64,000 nt of DNA from Deltaproteobacteria bacterium (lineage in GTDB: Bacteria > Myxococcota_A > Polyangia > Polyangiales > Houyiibacteriaceae), in contig JAXMNT010000033.1 of assembly GCA_034670305.1 (NCBI GenBank), positions 1 to 64,000 on the forward strand, written 5' to 3'. Below the pieces are notes generated by a model. The model saw nothing but the letters and a program-made list of their open reading frames with translations, had not been told where the DNA came from and searched no databases. Positions 9,674 through 20,654 of the stretch are shown here, piece after piece; the first letter of the stretch is position 1; each line of letters starts with the position of its first letter. The position numbers were made by a program, and so were the translations under genes.

Positions 9674-11164
9674 GTGACCCACGCCGAACCTTCTGAGCTC
9701 GGGCGGCCTGCCCGTCCGACCTACGCGGTCGGCGCGTGGTGTTTCGTGCGTGGCGTCGCCCTGGTGCAGATCGTCGCGTTCGTCTCCTTCGCGGTCCAGC
9801 TCGATGGCCTCATCGGCGCCCGCGGCATCCTGCCCGCCAAGGATCTGTTCCCGCTCGCGCGGCAGACCGGCGCGGGGTTCTGGGACCTGCCCACCCTGGC
9901 GTGGTGGGGATCGTCGGACCTGGAACTCCACGCCCTCGTCTGGCTCGGTCTGATCGGTGCGGGGTTCACGCTCTTCGGCCGCTGGCAACGGCTCGCGCTC
10001 GCCACCTCCTGGATCGCCTACCTCTCGCTCGTCACGGTCGGCGACGTCTTCATGAGTCTGCAGTGGGATTCCCTGCTGCTCGATGCGACCTTGGTGGCCA
10101 TCCCGCTCGCGCGTTCCGAGCCCCTCCGAACGCGCCTCTCGGGACACGGGCCATCGATCCCGCACGCGCTGTGGGTGCTGGCCCCGACCTTCTTGAATGT
10201 GCGCCTCGTGTTCGCGAGCGGGGTGGTGAAGCTGGCGAGCGGCGATCCGGTGTGGCGGGAGCTGCGCGCGCTCGACTTCCACTATTGGACCCAGCCTCTG
10301 CCAGGACCACTGAGCCACTGGGCCCACCAGCTGCCCGCTTGGGTGGACCACGCGTCGTGCGCGGGTGTGTTCGCGCTCGAACTCGTCGCCCCGTGGCTGC
10401 TGCTGGCCCCGCTCGCGCTCGGTGGTGTTCGGCTTCGCCGGGTGGGCGTCGTCGCGCTGGTCGCGTTGCAACTCTTGATCATGGCCACCGGCAACTACGG
10501 TTTCTTCAACCTGCTCTCGATCGTGTTGTGTTTTCCCGCGGTCGACGACGCGTGGTGGCGGGCTGCCTTCCAGCGCTTGCGCCGTTTGCCGCCAGAACCG
10601 CGGGTCCGAGTTCCACCGGAACGGAACACGCGTTTCGGCGCCCGATGGATCACGGCCGGTGCGGTCCTGCTGATCCTGCTCAACGCGGTTCCCCTCGGCG
10701 CGACACTCTTCGGCTGGGGCCTCTACCCCGACAGCGTTCGCCGCGCGTGGTCGAGCACCCGTCCACTGCACGTGGCCTCGAGCTACGGGCTCTTCGCGCG
10801 CATGACCACCACACGAACCGAGCTCGTCTTCGAGGGCACGCGCGACGGGACGACTTGGGAGCCCTACGTCTTTCGCTACAAGCCGGGCGACCCATCGGAA
10901 CGACCGCGTCAGTCCGCCCCGCACATGCCGCGGCTCGATTGGGCGGTGTGGTTCGCGGCGCTCGGATCCCAAAGCCACCTGGACGTGGCCGATGCGCTGG
11001 TCGAGTGCCTGCGCGACGCCGAACCCGACGTGCTGCGCTTGCTCCGCCACGATCCCTTCCATGGAGAACGGCCGCTCGACGTGCGAATGCGCTCCGTCCG
11101 CTACGAGTTCACCGAAGGAAGCGGCCCGCCCTACTGGCGCACGCTCCCCGCCCCCACCCTGTGA
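9674..11164 (+). CDS. Lipase maturation factor (LMF1) family membrane protein
   Basis: GLIG.RGILP, QWDSLLLD, SGVVKL.SGDP.W, HYWTQPLP, TGNYGFFNLL, YGLFARMT, APHMPRLDW..WFAAL. Confidence 0.93.
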   Translation: MTHAEPSELGRPARPTYAVGAWCFVRGVALVQIVAFVSFAVQLDGLIGARGILPAKDLFPLARQTGAGFWDLPTLAWWGSSDLELHALVWLGLIGAGFTLFGRWQRLALATSWIAYLSLVTVGDVFMSLQWDSLLLDATLVAIPLARSEPLRTRLSGHGPSIPHALWVLAPTFLNVRLVFASGVVKLASGDPVWRELRALDFHYWTQPLPGPLSHWAHQLPAWVDHASCAGVFALELVAPWLLLAPLALGGVRLRRVGVVALVALQLLIMATGNYGFFNLLSIVLCFPAVDDAWWRAAFQRLRRLPPEPRVRVPPERNTRFGARWITAGAVLLILLNAVPLGATLFGWGLYPDSVRRAWSSTRPLHVASSYGLFARMTTTRTELVFEGTRDGTTWEPYVFRYKPGDPSERPRQSAPHMPRLDWAVWFAALGSQSHLDVADALVECLRDAEPDVLRLLRHDPFHGERPLDVRMRSVRYEFTEGSGPPYWRTLPAPTL

Positions 11165-11208
11165 CCCTGCTGGATCTGTGGTCCCGGAAGGTCTACGTAG
11201 AGGCCCCC

Positions 11209-11667
11209 ATGACCCAAGCCATCGATGCCGACCTCGATGAAGTCCAGATCCCGACCGCGGTGCGCATGTCGGGTGGGCTTCACACCTTCTCGGGTCTCAT
11301 CGCGTTTCTGACCGGCCTTCAGCTCTCGATCACGTTGACGTACGGACGCGGCGCAGGAGTCGAAGCGTTCGTCCCCTACCTGTTGATCCTGTCGGGGCTC
11401 AGCGCGCTGTTGCTCGGCACGTTCGTCTACCGCGGGCGCGCGACCGCAGCCCTCGTCGCGACTGGGATCGCGGGTTTGCACTTCGTCGGCGGCGGCGTCT
11501 ACTTCATTCTGCTTCTCACCTGGGGCGTCGTCTCGCTCATCGCGCTCATCCTGCCGATGATCGCGCTCGGCGCGGTGGTCCTCGGCGGGTACATGCTCCC
11601 CAAGATCCGGAAGATCTCCGCGGCTCGGCAGCGGCTGGCCGATTCCGGACTCGACTTCGGCGTCTGA
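11209..11667 (+). CDS. Hypothetical membrane protein (about 4 TM)
   Basis: Hydrophobic segments in the 3' part of ORF 9736-11667; ATG at 11209. Confidence 0.7.
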   Translation: MTQAIDADLDEVQIPTAVRMSGGLHTFSGLIAFLTGLQLSITLTYGRGAGVEAFVPYLLILSGLSALLLGTFVYRGRATAALVATGIAGLHFVGGGVYFILLLTWGVVSLIALILPMIALGAVVLGGYMLPKIRKISAARQRLADSGLDFGV

Positions 11668-11711
11668 GAAGTCTTCGCCGTGATCGCGCATACTCCGGCC
11701 ATGGTGCGCGG

Positions 11712-12383
11712 ATGCTGATGTCGGTGGTCGCACTGGTGGGCGCGTGTTCGCTCGTCGGATGGATGGCGATCGCGCACGCGCGGTCCCGCAGACCCGCGCC
11801 CACGCCCCCGCGGCCCACACTGGACGGGACCGTGATGATGTTCGCGTTCGATCAGCACGCCCGGCGGCAGATCGAACCCCACGTCGAGGCACTCTTTCTC
11901 CCTGGCACCCTTGGCCGAACGCGTCGGCTTCTTGCGCTCAGGCGCACGCTCGGCGCGCTCGGGCACCTGCGGGAGCAATGGCTCTTCGTCGGAGGGTGGA
12001 ACGCGCCGGGGGAACGCACCGATCGGGTCGATGCGCTCCTCGATCCCTGGATGAACGAACTGCGCAACCGGGACTGGCAGGAACGCATTCGCGAAGTGGA
12101 CGACACCGAGCAGGGCCAGCTCTGCGTGCTTCTCTTGGTGGTGTGTGCGCGTGTCGAGTTGCTCGACCTCGACACCCGCAAGGGGGTCGGCGAAGGACCG
12201 TTCCGAGGGAGCGGTCGTGCACAGCCCGCGATGGCGATGGCACGCGCCCTCGCCCGCGTCTCGGACCTCGGGCGGGACGACCTGGTCGGGTTCGATCTCT
12301 TCTTCAGCCCTTCGGAGCAAGGGCTGAGCATGAGCGCATCGGCTCTGCGTGCCGCGTATCCGGAGCTCGTCCGAGTGGAGTGA
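11712..12383 (+). CDS. Hypothetical protein with N-terminal TM/signal segment
   Basis: Co-oriented ORF with hydrophobic N-terminus; no motif recognised. Confidence 0.55.
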   Translation: MLMSVVALVGACSLVGWMAIAHARSRRPAPTPPRPTLDGTVMMFAFDQHARRQIEPHVEALFLPGTLGRTRRLLALRRTLGALGHLREQWLFVGGWNAPGERTDRVDALLDPWMNELRNRDWQERIREVDDTEQGQLCVLLLVVCARVELLDLDTRKGVGEGPFRGSGRAQPAMAMARALARVSDLGRDDLVGFDLFFSPSEQGLSMSASALRAAYPELVRVE

Positions 12384-12389
12384 CGTCGG

Positions 12390-13616
12390 TCAAGGACGGA
12401 GGGAGAACCACACGATGAAGGTCGAGCCTTCGCCCTCCACGCTCTCGACCTCCAACCGGAACCCCTGAAGCGCGCAGAGGCGATGGGCGATGGACAGCCC
12501 GAGCCCGGTGCCCTGGTGGCGCCGCGACTTGGAGCCGTCCACTTGCACGAATGGATGGAAGATCGCGTCGAGCCGATCGGCCGGGATGCCCTCGCCCAGG
12601 TCCGTGACCCTGAGCGCCTCATCGTCCAGCGTGACGTGGACCGGCTTGTCGACTGAGAACTTCACCGCGTTCGTCACGAGGTTGGTCACGATCTGACTCA
12701 ACCGGCGTGGGTCCGCCCGGACCACGCGTGCCGATACGACCTCGAGATGGATGGGCACCCCGGCGCCGATGCGACCGATCACCTCCTCCGTGAGCACGGC
12801 CACGTCCACCTGCTTGAGTTCGAGCGAGATCTCGGTGTCGGACTCGAGCTTGGAGAGATCCAGGATGTCGTTGACGAGATCCAGCAGGTGCAGTCCATTC
12901 GCCCGCACGCGGTCCAGCTGGGTGCGCTCGCGTTCGGTCAAGGTCGCCTTCTTCTGAAGCCGTCCGGAGAATCCGATGATCGAGTTCAGCGGCGTGCGCA
13001 GCTCATGGCTCATCGTGGCGAGGAACCGCGACTTCGCCGCGTTGGCGGCATCCGCCGCATCCTTCGCGGCTTCGAGTTCGGCTTCCCTGGCACCGCGGCC
13101 GTGCTCGTAGTTCCACGTCGCGATCCCAATCGCCAACGTCACGATCGTCAACACCGTGGTGCGGGCCGCGTCCAGGTCTGCGCCCATCGCCAACGCACTC
13201 TCTGGGACCACGCCGAAACGTTGCAACACGTAGATCGTGACGATCTCCGCAGCGGTCAGCGACGCAAACCAGGCGCTCGCCCGGGGGCTGCGCATGAAGA
13301 ACGCCGCGGAGATGGGCACGAGCACGATGGCGAAGAGAGCCGGCGCCTTCACGCCGCCGTTCTGCCAGGCGATCATCGGCAACGAGACGAGCAGCCCGGC
13401 GGGGATGCACGCGCCAGCTGCAATGAACGAGTTCGTCGCACGCAACAGGAGCGGGGTGGCAACACCAGCGACGCACAGGACGCCGCACGCAACATGCGAG
13501 AGCAGCGGGAACGGGGCGATCCAGGCGCGCAGCCCCCACGCGCTGCCCACGAGCACGACCACCCAGACCGCCCAGCGGCGCAGACCCAATGCTCGCCGCT
13601 CGCGCTCGGTGCTCAC
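12390..13616 (-). CDS. Membrane-bound sensor histidine kinase
   Basis: 5-6 TM N-terminus, H-box [17 protein letters not shown]-box [10 protein letters not shown] boxes D.GEGI and GTGLGL. Start approximate (GTG 13616). Confidence 0.92.
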   Translation of the reverse strand: MSTERERRALGLRRWAVWVVVLVGSAWGLRAWIAPFPLLSHVACGVLCVAGVATPLLLRATNSFIAAGACIPAGLLVSLPMIAWQNGGVKAPALFAIVLVPISAAFFMRSPRASAWFASLTAAEIVTIYVLQRFGVVPESALAMGADLDAARTTVLTIVTLAIGIATWNYEHGRGAREAELEAAKDAADAANAAKSRFLATMSHELRTPLNSIIGFSGRLQKKATLTERERTQLDRVRANGLHLLDLVNDILDLSKLESDTEISLELKQVDVAVLTEEVIGRIGAGVPIHLEVVSARVVRADPRRLSQIVTNLVTNAVKFSVDKPVHVTLDDEALRVTDLGEGIPADRLDAIFHPFVQVDGSKSRRHQGTGLGLSIAHRLCALQGFRLEVESVEGEGSTFIVWFSLRP

Positions 13617-13775
13617 ACGCCTGGATACCAGGTTTTGACCCGCAGAAGCGACTGCGCAAAGTTCGTACACCGAACGCGACGGCAAGCGCGCAACATCCGG
13701 ACACCTGCACATGCGCCGATGCCCGATCTGCGGACTCGAGGCGGCGATCCGGTCCCGTTGCGTACTGTCCTTGCA

Positions 13776-13791
13776 CGGTACGGGGTTTGCA
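13776..13791 (+). promoter_or_regulatory. Putative sigma-54 (-24/-12) promoter upstream of the amidase gene
   Basis: CGGTACGGGGTTTGCA: GG-N10-GC spacing matching TGGCAC-N5-TTGCW; ends 13 nt before ATG 13804. Confidence 0.45.
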
Positions 13792-13803
13792 CAGTGGGGC
13801 CCC

Positions 13804-16314
13804 ATGCGAGGGATCTTCCAGGTTTGGGTATGCGCGGCGCTCTTCACGGCTTCGTCCGTGTCGGCGCAGGTGATCGTCTTGGACCCCGGCCACGGCGGGA
13901 GCGATCCGGGTGCGGTCGGCTGTGGGCTCGAAGAAGAGGACGTGGTCCTCGACATCGCGCTGCGGACCCGGGACCTCCTGCGCCGCGACGGGCTGACGGT
14001 GCACCTCACCCGGAGCGACGACCGCTACATCTCGCTTTCGGGACGGGCGAGCTTCGCCAACGACCGGGGCGCGAGCCGCTACGTCAGCATTCATGCGAAC
14101 GCGAACGCGGGCACCCCCGCGACGGGAACCGAGACGTTCGTCTACACCTCGGCGTCCTCCGCGAGCCGCGACCTCGGCTCCAAACTGCAGTCCGAAATGA
14201 TCTCGGCCTGGGGTCTGCGGGACCGCGGCCTCAAGACCGCCAACTTCGCCGTCATCCGACTCACCAGCATGCCGGCCGCACTCACCGAGACCGGCTTCAT
14301 CAACAACTGCGGCACCGACTCCGCCCGCCTCGGCAGCGCGACGCGTCGCCAGGAGATGGCGGTCGCGCACTACCGTGCGGTCATGCGCAGCCTCGGCCGT
14401 ACGCCTGGCTCGGCGCCGCCGCCCGTCGACCCGCCGCCGCCGCCGCCCGCATCCGGTGGCCGCCTGCTCGGCGCCGCGTTCGAAGACACCGGCGCCGGCC
14501 TGGAAGACACTTCGCGCCGGGTGCTCGGTGCCACGGCCCGCATTCGTGAGACCGGCGCCTCGACCGCGGTCGATGGCAGTGGGCTCTTCTCCTTCTCGGT
14601 GAGCGACGGAACCTACACCGTCGAAGTCAGCGCCTCCGGGTACGCGACCGCCACCCGCACCTGCACCGTCGCGGGCAGCGACACCTGGTGTTCGGTCGGC
14701 GTCACGCGCGCGGCGTCCGGCGGTCGTGCCCGCGGTGTGGTGTTCGAAGACACCGGCGCCGGCTTTGCCGACACCTCGACCCGCCTCGGCGGTGCGACCG
14801 TTCGCATCGTCGAAACCGGCGCCACGGTGCCGGTCGATGGCAGCGGCAACTGGAGCGTCTCGCTCGCCTCCGGCAGCTACACCCTCCAGGTCAGCGCCGC
14901 TGGATTCGCCACCGCCACCCGCTCGTGCAACATCGCAGGCAGCGAAGCCTGGTGCAGCGTGGGCCTGAGCCGCACCGCCGCGGCCGGCACCCTGCAAGGG
15001 GTGCTCTACGAAGGCACCATCTCCCGCCGCATCGGCTCGGCGACCGTGCGCATCGTAGAGAACGGGCGCAGCGTGGTCTCTCGGGGGCACGACGGATACT
15101 GGTCGTTCGAGATCGCGCCTGGCACCTACACGGTGGAAGCTTCGGGCAGTGGCCTCGTGACCACGACCCGACGTTGCACGGTGGAATCGCGCCGTGAGAC
15201 CTGGTGTTCCATGAGTGTCGCCCGAGACGGGCGCGGAGGAGGCGAAGAGTTGATCATCGAAACCGATCCGGCCGACGACACGGTGGTGATGGACCCGACC
15301 TTCGACGGTGGCCCGCGCGGCGAGCTCGGCACCGTGGGCTGTGCAGCGGGCGGCAGCGGACACGCGGCCTGGCTCTTCGCCATGCTGCTGGCCTTCGGCG
15401 TTCGGCGTCGCACACGCCCAGAGACGCTGCCTCGTGGTCGCACGTTCGGACTCTTGGTCGCCGGGCTCGCGGTGCTCGGTTGCGGCACCGACACCGAGTC
15501 TGCGCCCACGGCGGCGCTCGACCAAGAAGAGGTCGTGAACGTGGTCGAGGTGGCCGCGAACGGTGGCGCGTTCGCGAGCGTGGTCGACATCCAGCCCATC
15601 GCAGAAGGCACCTGGGCCGACCTCGCGCTCTCGCCCGACGGCCAGCGCGTGGCGCTCTCCCACCCAGCGCTCGGTGGACTCAGTGTGGCGGAGGTGGGCG
15701 AAGGCCTCGCGGAAGTCGACGTGGTGCGCGAGGCGCCGAATGCAGGTCTCAACCCCATCTGGCGCGCCGACTCACAAGCCCTCGGCATTCGGGTGGAGGG
15801 ACAGACGAGCACCGCGGTCCCGACGTTGAGCCACGCCCTCGACGGCACCGCCGCCCTCCCCGTGCAGCTTCCGACGCCGCTTGCGACGCGCGTCGATCGC
15901 GGCGCCATCGAAGTGGGCCGCGGCCTGTCCGCGGAGCGCCTCGGCCCGCCCGGCGATCAATACTTCGCCCCGCGCGTCTCCCCCGACGGCGAGTGGGTCA
16001 CCTTCGAAGGCCTCTCGACCGGGCTGTACGTACACCGCCTCGACCAAGGCGCGACCACCCATCTCGGCGTCGGCGCGCACGCACGTTTCGATCCCACCAG
16101 CCGCTGGATCGTCTTCGAACGCGTCGAAGACGATGGACACCAGATCACGGCCGGTGACCTGATGATCGTCGACCTGCACGCCGAGACCCCAGAGGTCGCG
16201 ACCCTGCTCGCCGATGCCGGCGCCATCGACCGGGCACCAGACGTCGTCGGCGACCGAGTGGTGTTCCTCCGCAACGACCGCGCGATGCGCGCGACCCTGC
16301 GCACCTCACGCTGA
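13804..16314 (+). CDS. N-acetylmuramoyl-L-alanine amidase (Amidase_3) + 3 carboxypeptidase-regulatory-like domains + internal MYXO-CTERM-like segment + TolB-like propeller
   Basis: [35 protein letters not shown]; three 'GTYTVE.SA.G..T.TR.C......WCS' repeats; GC...hydrophobic...RRR at 15337-15411; SPDG repeats in the C-terminal part. Confidence 0.88.
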   Translation: MRGIFQVWVCAALFTASSVSAQVIVLDPGHGGSDPGAVGCGLEEEDVVLDIALRTRDLLRRDGLTVHLTRSDDRYISLSGRASFANDRGASRYVSIHANANAGTPATGTETFVYTSASSASRDLGSKLQSEMISAWGLRDRGLKTANFAVIRLTSMPAALTETGFINNCGTDSARLGSATRRQEMAVAHYRAVMRSLGRTPGSAPPPVDPPPPPPASGGRLLGAAFEDTGAGLEDTSRRVLGATARIRETGASTAVDGSGLFSFSVSDGTYTVEVSASGYATATRTCTVAGSDTWCSVGVTRAASGGRARGVVFEDTGAGFADTSTRLGGATVRIVETGATVPVDGSGNWSVSLASGSYTLQVSAAGFATATRSCNIAGSEAWCSVGLSRTAAAGTLQGVLYEGTISRRIGSATVRIVENGRSVVSRGHDGYWSFEIAPGTYTVEASGSGLVTTTRRCTVESRRETWCSMSVARDGRGGGEELIIETDPADDTVVMDPTFDGGPRGELGTVGCAAGGSGHAAWLFAMLLAFGVRRRTRPETLPRGRTFGLLVAGLAVLGCGTDTESAPTAALDQEEVVNVVEVAANGGAFASVVDIQPIAEGTWADLALSPDGQRVALSHPALGGLSVAEVGEGLAEVDVVREAPNAGLNPIWRADSQALGIRVEGQTSTAVPTLSHALDGTAALPVQLPTPLATRVDRGAIEVGRGLSAERLGPPGDQYFAPRVSPDGEWVTFEGLSTGLYVHRLDQGATTHLGVGAHARFDPTSRWIVFERVEDDGHQITAGDLMIVDLHAETPEVATLLADAGAIDRAPDVVGDRVVFLRNDRAMRATLRTSR

Positions 16315-16324
16315 GCGATATTAC

Positions 16325-16430
16325 TTGGGGGCACAGCCCCCAAACCCCGTCCCGGTGACACCGCTGGCTCGCTTCGCGAGGCTGCACGCTGTCGAATATC
16401 CGACGCGGCGAAGCCGAGCGAAGCGAGCAA
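16325..16430. repeat. REP-like palindromic intergenic element
   Basis: Hairpin TTGGGGGC-ACA-GCCCCCAA followed by ACCCC, plus inverted pair GCTCGCTTCGC...GCGAAGCGAGC, between convergent genes. Confidence 0.5.
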
Positions 16431-16442
16431 GCCGTGTCGTGG

Positions 16443-17090
16443 CTACCCTTCGACGGGTTCGACGACTTCGGCTGGGAAGAGCGGCGTGTCGTCGGGCGCC
16501 GGTGCGTCGTCGGGGCGTTCGGGGCGACGCCACTGGTCTTGGGGTTCGCTCAACCAGCGCGCGAGCCCGGCGCTGTCGAGTCCGCTGCCGTTGCTGATCG
16601 GCTCGAGGGTGGTCTGCGCGACGCGCGAGCCGTCCTTCTCGAGCACAACCAACGTCGCGATGCGTTCGATGCGGTAGCGGTCGATCAGATCGCGGTGTCG
16701 ATCGAAGCGTCCGACGTGAATGAACACGCGCTCGTAGAGTGCGTCGATGACGCCTTTCGCGGGCGCCTCTTCGCCGAGACGCGCGACCTCGTTGCAGTCC
16801 GGGCACCAGTCGGCGCCGAACTCGAGGAGCACGCGTTTGTCCGCCTCACGCGCCCGGGCGAGCGCTGCTTGGATCTCGACCCGGAGGGCTTGTTCGTCTC
16901 GCAGATGCCAGACGTCCGGAACCTCCTCGCGCGGAGCCTCTGCATGTGCCGCCGCAGGCGCTTGTTCTTCGGCCTCGGCCGGCGCGGGTTCGGGCGCCGG
17001 GTCGTCGCACCCCGACCCGCAAACCGCAGCATACCACACCACGCTCGGTACCGACCACGCCGCCAACGCTCGAACTGGGCTCCATCGCAT
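16443..17090 (-). CDS. Thioredoxin-family lipoprotein
   Basis: 'VLLEFGADWCPDC' CxxC motif; signal peptide with GSGC lipobox-like site; 3' part of the long ORF 16443-19178. Confidence 0.85.
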   Translation of the reverse strand: MRWSPVRALAAWSVPSVVWYAAVCGSGCDDPAPEPAPAEAEEQAPAAAHAEAPREEVPDVWHLRDEQALRVEIQAALARAREADKRVLLEFGADWCPDCNEVARLGEEAPAKGVIDALYERVFIHVGRFDRHRDLIDRYRIERIATLVVLEKDGSRVAQTTLEPISNGSGLDSAGLARWLSEPQDQWRRPERPDDAPAPDDTPLFPAEVVEPVEG

Positions 17091-17147
17091 GGCGCGAGCA
17101 TAGCGCGGGCCTGACGTCGCGTCCGCCGACCTGCTATCTACCCACCC

Positions 17148-18893
17148 ATGGCCACACGACGTCCGTCTCTGCGCACCGTTCCCGCCTGCGGGCTCGGCTT
17201 GCCGCTCTTGCTGCTCGCGATGATGTCCGCATGCGGCGACGACGACGCCGGTTCGCCAGACTCGGGAATGGGGGTCGATGCCGCACCGGCCGACGTCGGC
17301 ACCGACGCGTTCGACCCGCCGACCGACTGGCCCGCGATGCGGCCGGACGAGTCGATCGAGGTCGAGCCAGGCATCACCCGAGAGATCTTCACCGTCCCCG
17401 GCTTCGCGGCTGCCCCGAACCCGGACACGGGGGAAGCGACGCCGTCCGAGTTGAATGCCACGCAGGTCGTGCGTTTCCGGCGCACCTCCGAGGTGCCCCT
17501 CGCCGCGCGCGCCATCGTCATCGCGATGCCAGGCTTTCTCGGTGGGGCCGGCTCGCTGGAAGGGATCGCACGCTCGGTCGTGCGCGCCGGGGTGGACTCC
17601 GAACCCGCAGAGGTCTGGGCGATCGACCGCCGAAGCAACGCCCTCGAAGACCTGGCCGGCATGGACGCGGCCGAAGTGGCCGAAGACGCGGAAATCGCGC
17701 GCGAGTACTACTTCGGAAACGACACGGTCGGTGGCAGCCCGTTCGCGGGGTATGTCTCCGGCAACGCGGTCGGGTACATGAGCGAGTGGGGTCTGCAGGC
17801 GCATGTCGAAGACGTGCACGCCGTGATCGGACTCGTGCCAGAAGCGGAGCGCCGCGAGCGCGTCTTCTTCCTCGGCCACAGCTTGGGTGCGTCGTTCGCC
17901 GAAGCGTACGCGGCGTGGGAGTTCGAAGACGGCACCCGGGGCACCGACGAGTTGGCGGGGCTGCTGCTGGTGGACGGAGTGCTCGGCGGCGCGCCGATCT
18001 CGGAGACCGACTACCGCGAAGGCACCTCGGGTGGACTCATCACCCAAGCGGGTCTCGACTCGATCCGGAACGACGCCATCGCGCGCTACACGACCATTCC
18101 CATCCTCGGGATCGACATCTACGCGCTCGCCGAGGTCAGCGCGCTGCGGGCGGAGTTCTTGCCGGAGCTCGTCCAGGACGACGCCAAACGGCGGCGGGTG
18201 TTCGCCACGTTGATGGGCCTGCCGCTCGTACGCGTGCCCCGCTTCACGAACCTCGCTGCGTTCGCGCTCGCGTTCGACGACCAGTTCGAACCGATCTCGA
18301 TCGTGCGCGCAAAGATCGGCACCATGACCGGCGGACCGCTCGAGACCTACCCGGGCATCTTCGACGGGGAAGACCTGCTGCGTCCTTCCGACCCGGATGG
18401 GACCTACGATTGGATCGACGCGCTCGACTCCGTCCCGCCCGAAGTCACGCCGATCGAGAACCTGATCCGGGGCTTCTACGTCGGCCGAACCAACTACGCC
18501 GAGTGGTACTTCCCGACGCGGCTCTCGTTGGACCTTGCGGCGGTCGGAGGCGCCGCGATCCCGGAGGACGGATACGGCGCTGACGCCGGGCTGGCCGCAT
18601 TCCACGGAGCTGCGATCGACGCGCCGATTCTCGCGGTCTCCGCTGGGCTCGTCCCCGTGGCCCGCTACGAAGCGGTGCGCACGCGGGTCGCCGCGACCCT
18701 CGGTGCAGGCCGGGTGCTCGAGGGCCTCGACCGAGACGACGCGCGGGCGTTTGACATCGTCGACGCAACCCAGCAAACGCATCTGGATCCGGTCATCGCC
18801 GACGAGCGCACACTGGACAATCCCGTGCCTGCCGCCGTGATCGCGTTCCTGCAGGCCCACACCCGGACCGGCGGCGTCTCGGTGACCCCCTGA
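17148..18893 (+). CDS. Alpha/beta-hydrolase fold lipoprotein
   Basis: Lipobox (MSAC-GDDD), PGFLGG oxyanion-like motif, nucleophile elbow GHSLG, C-terminal HLD. Confidence 0.75.
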   Translation: MATRRPSLRTVPACGLGLPLLLLAMMSACGDDDAGSPDSGMGVDAAPADVGTDAFDPPTDWPAMRPDESIEVEPGITREIFTVPGFAAAPNPDTGEATPSELNATQVVRFRRTSEVPLAARAIVIAMPGFLGGAGSLEGIARSVVRAGVDSEPAEVWAIDRRSNALEDLAGMDAAEVAEDAEIAREYYFGNDTVGGSPFAGYVSGNAVGYMSEWGLQAHVEDVHAVIGLVPEAERRERVFFLGHSLGASFAEAYAAWEFEDGTRGTDELAGLLLVDGVLGGAPISETDYREGTSGGLITQAGLDSIRNDAIARYTTIPILGIDIYALAEVSALRAEFLPELVQDDAKRRRVFATLMGLPLVRVPRFTNLAAFALAFDDQFEPISIVRAKIGTMTGGPLETYPGIFDGEDLLRPSDPDGTYDWIDALDSVPPEVTPIENLIRGFYVGRTNYAEWYFPTRLSLDLAAVGGAAIPEDGYGADAGLAAFHGAAIDAPILAVSAGLVPVARYEAVRTRVAATLGAGRVLEGLDRDDARAFDIVDATQQTHLDPVIADERTLDNPVPAAVIAFLQAHTRTGGVSVTP

Positions 18894-18921
18894 TCGTCCG
18901 GCCCGACCGGACGGAGCGACC

Positions 18922-19233
18922 ATGAAGAAGATCCCTGCCGAACTGACCGGCAAACAACGCAAGTTCCTCCGCGGCGCGGCCCACCACCTCGAGCCCCTCG
19001 TGCGCATCGGCCGCGAAGGCGTGAGCCTCGGCATCGCCGACGCACTGAGCGAAGTGCTCGAGACCCACGAACTCGTGAAGGTCAAACTCCTCGAGAACGC
19101 CCCCGTCACCCGCGCCGAAGCGGCCGACGAGCTCGCCAACGTCTGCGGCGCCCACGTCGTCGGCCAAATCGGCCGCATCGTGATCTTCTACCGCCGCCAC
19201 CCAAGCGAACCCGAAATCCGCCTCCCCCGCTGA
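18922..19233 (+). CDS. yhbY: RNA-binding CRM domain protein YhbY
   Basis: [36 protein letters not shown]...FYR. Confidence 0.95.
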   Translation: MKKIPAELTGKQRKFLRGAAHHLEPLVRIGREGVSLGIADALSEVLETHELVKVKLLENAPVTRAEAADELANVCGAHVVGQIGRIVIFYRRHPSEPEIRLPR

Positions 19234-19244
19234 ACATGCGGAGG

Positions 19245-19558
19245 CGCGGAAGCGGAAGCAGCAGCGGTCGGCGGTAGCGGTAGCGGTCGGCGGTAGCGGA
19301 AGCGGAAGCGGCAGCGGAAGCGGTCGGCGGTCGGCGGTCGGCGGTAGCGGTAGCGGAAGCGGCGTCGGTTTCGGCGTCGGTTCCGGCGTCGGTTTCGGCG
19401 TCGGCTTCGGCGTCGGCTTCGGCGTCGGCTTCGGTTTCGGCGTCGGTTTCGGCGTCGGCGTCGGCGTCGGCTTCGGCTTCGGCTTCGGGCAAGGGCACGG
19501 GCACGGGCACGGGCAGGGGCAGGGGCAAGGGCACGGGCACGGGCACGGGCAAGGGCAA
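19245..19558. repeat. Composite hexamer array (GCGGAA/GCGGTA, GTCGGC/TTCGGC, GGGCAC/GGGCAA)
   Basis: Three visible blocks of 6-nt periodicity between yhbY and the NRDE gene. Confidence 0.9.
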
Positions 19559-19607
19559 GTCGCGGTCACGCTTGGCGCCGTCTCGGCGGGTGCTTCAGGC
19601 TTCCTGC

Positions 19608-20402
19608 ATGTGTACGATCATCGCGATCTTCGGCGGGGACGTCGCGCCGCTGATCGTCGCCGCGAACCGGGACGAATACGTGGCGCGCGCGGCGGGTCCG
19701 ACGGACGTGTTTCAGTCGACGCCGCGCATCGTCGCGGGCCGGGACCAGGTCAGCGGCGGCACGTGGTTCGGTGCGACCGCGACCGGGTTCTTTGCCGGCC
19801 TCACCAATCAGCGAGGCTGGACCGCGCCCGCGGCGTCGATCTCCCGCGGGGCGGTCGTCGCGGACATCCTGCGGGGCGGATCCACCGACGCCGCACTCGA
19901 CCATTTGGCGACGCTCGATGCCGGTTCGATCGCCGCGTTCAACCTCCTCTTCGGAGACTCGAAGCGGCTCCACGTCGCGTACGCGCGACCGGATGGCGTC
20001 CGGATCCAGGAACTGCCGCCCGGCATCCACGTCCTCGCGAACGACGAACTGGGCAGTGAGACCATGCCGAAGACCCGCCACGCCGAAGGGCTCGCGGCCA
20101 CGCTCCTAGACGGTCCGACGGACCTGCCGAGCGTGTGCACGGGTCTCGAAGTGCTGCTCGCCGACGAATCCGAGCCGCCTACCGAGCTCGTGCCGAAGCC
20201 GCCCCCGAAGAGCGCGTTGTCCCACGCGATGGCCGTGCACCTGCAACGGCTCTGCATCGATCCCGTACGCTTCGGGGGCCTGTACGGTACCCGCTCGTCC
20301 AACGTGCTCGCGATCGGATCCACCGGGGTCCTGCATCACCGGACGAGCGACTCGATCCCGACGTCCCACGGGTTCCGCGACGTCACCGCGCTCTACGCCT
20401 AG
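19608..20402 (+). CDS. NRDE (TANGO2) family protein
   Basis: Starts [46 protein letters not shown]. Confidence 0.93.
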   Translation: MCTIIAIFGGDVAPLIVAANRDEYVARAAGPTDVFQSTPRIVAGRDQVSGGTWFGATATGFFAGLTNQRGWTAPAASISRGAVVADILRGGSTDAALDHLATLDAGSIAAFNLLFGDSKRLHVAYARPDGVRIQELPPGIHVLANDELGSETMPKTRHAEGLAATLLDGPTDLPSVCTGLEVLLADESEPPTELVPKPPPKSALSHAMAVHLQRLCIDPVRFGGLYGTRSSNVLAIGSTGVLHHRTSDSIPTSHGFRDVTALYA

Positions 20403-20414
20403 CCAGCGCAGCGC

Positions 20415-20652
20415 CGCATCCCCATCCGCTGCCGCTTCCGTTTCCGTTTCCGCTTCCGAGTCCGCTTCCGAGTCCGCTTCCGCTTCCGCTTCCGAGTCCG
20501 CTTCCGAGTCCGCTTCCGCTTCCGCTTCCGCCGACCGCTTCCGCCGACCGCTGCCGCTGCCGCTACCGCCGACCGCTTCCGCCTTCCGCCTTCCGCCGTC
20601 CGGGTTCCGCTTCCGCTTCCCGCTTCCGCTTCCGCTTCCGCTTCCGCTTCCG
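20415..20652. repeat. Hexamer array (CCGCTT/CCGAGT)n
   Basis: Visible periodicity between the convergent NRDE and hypF genes. Confidence 0.9.
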
Positions 20653-20654
20653 AC

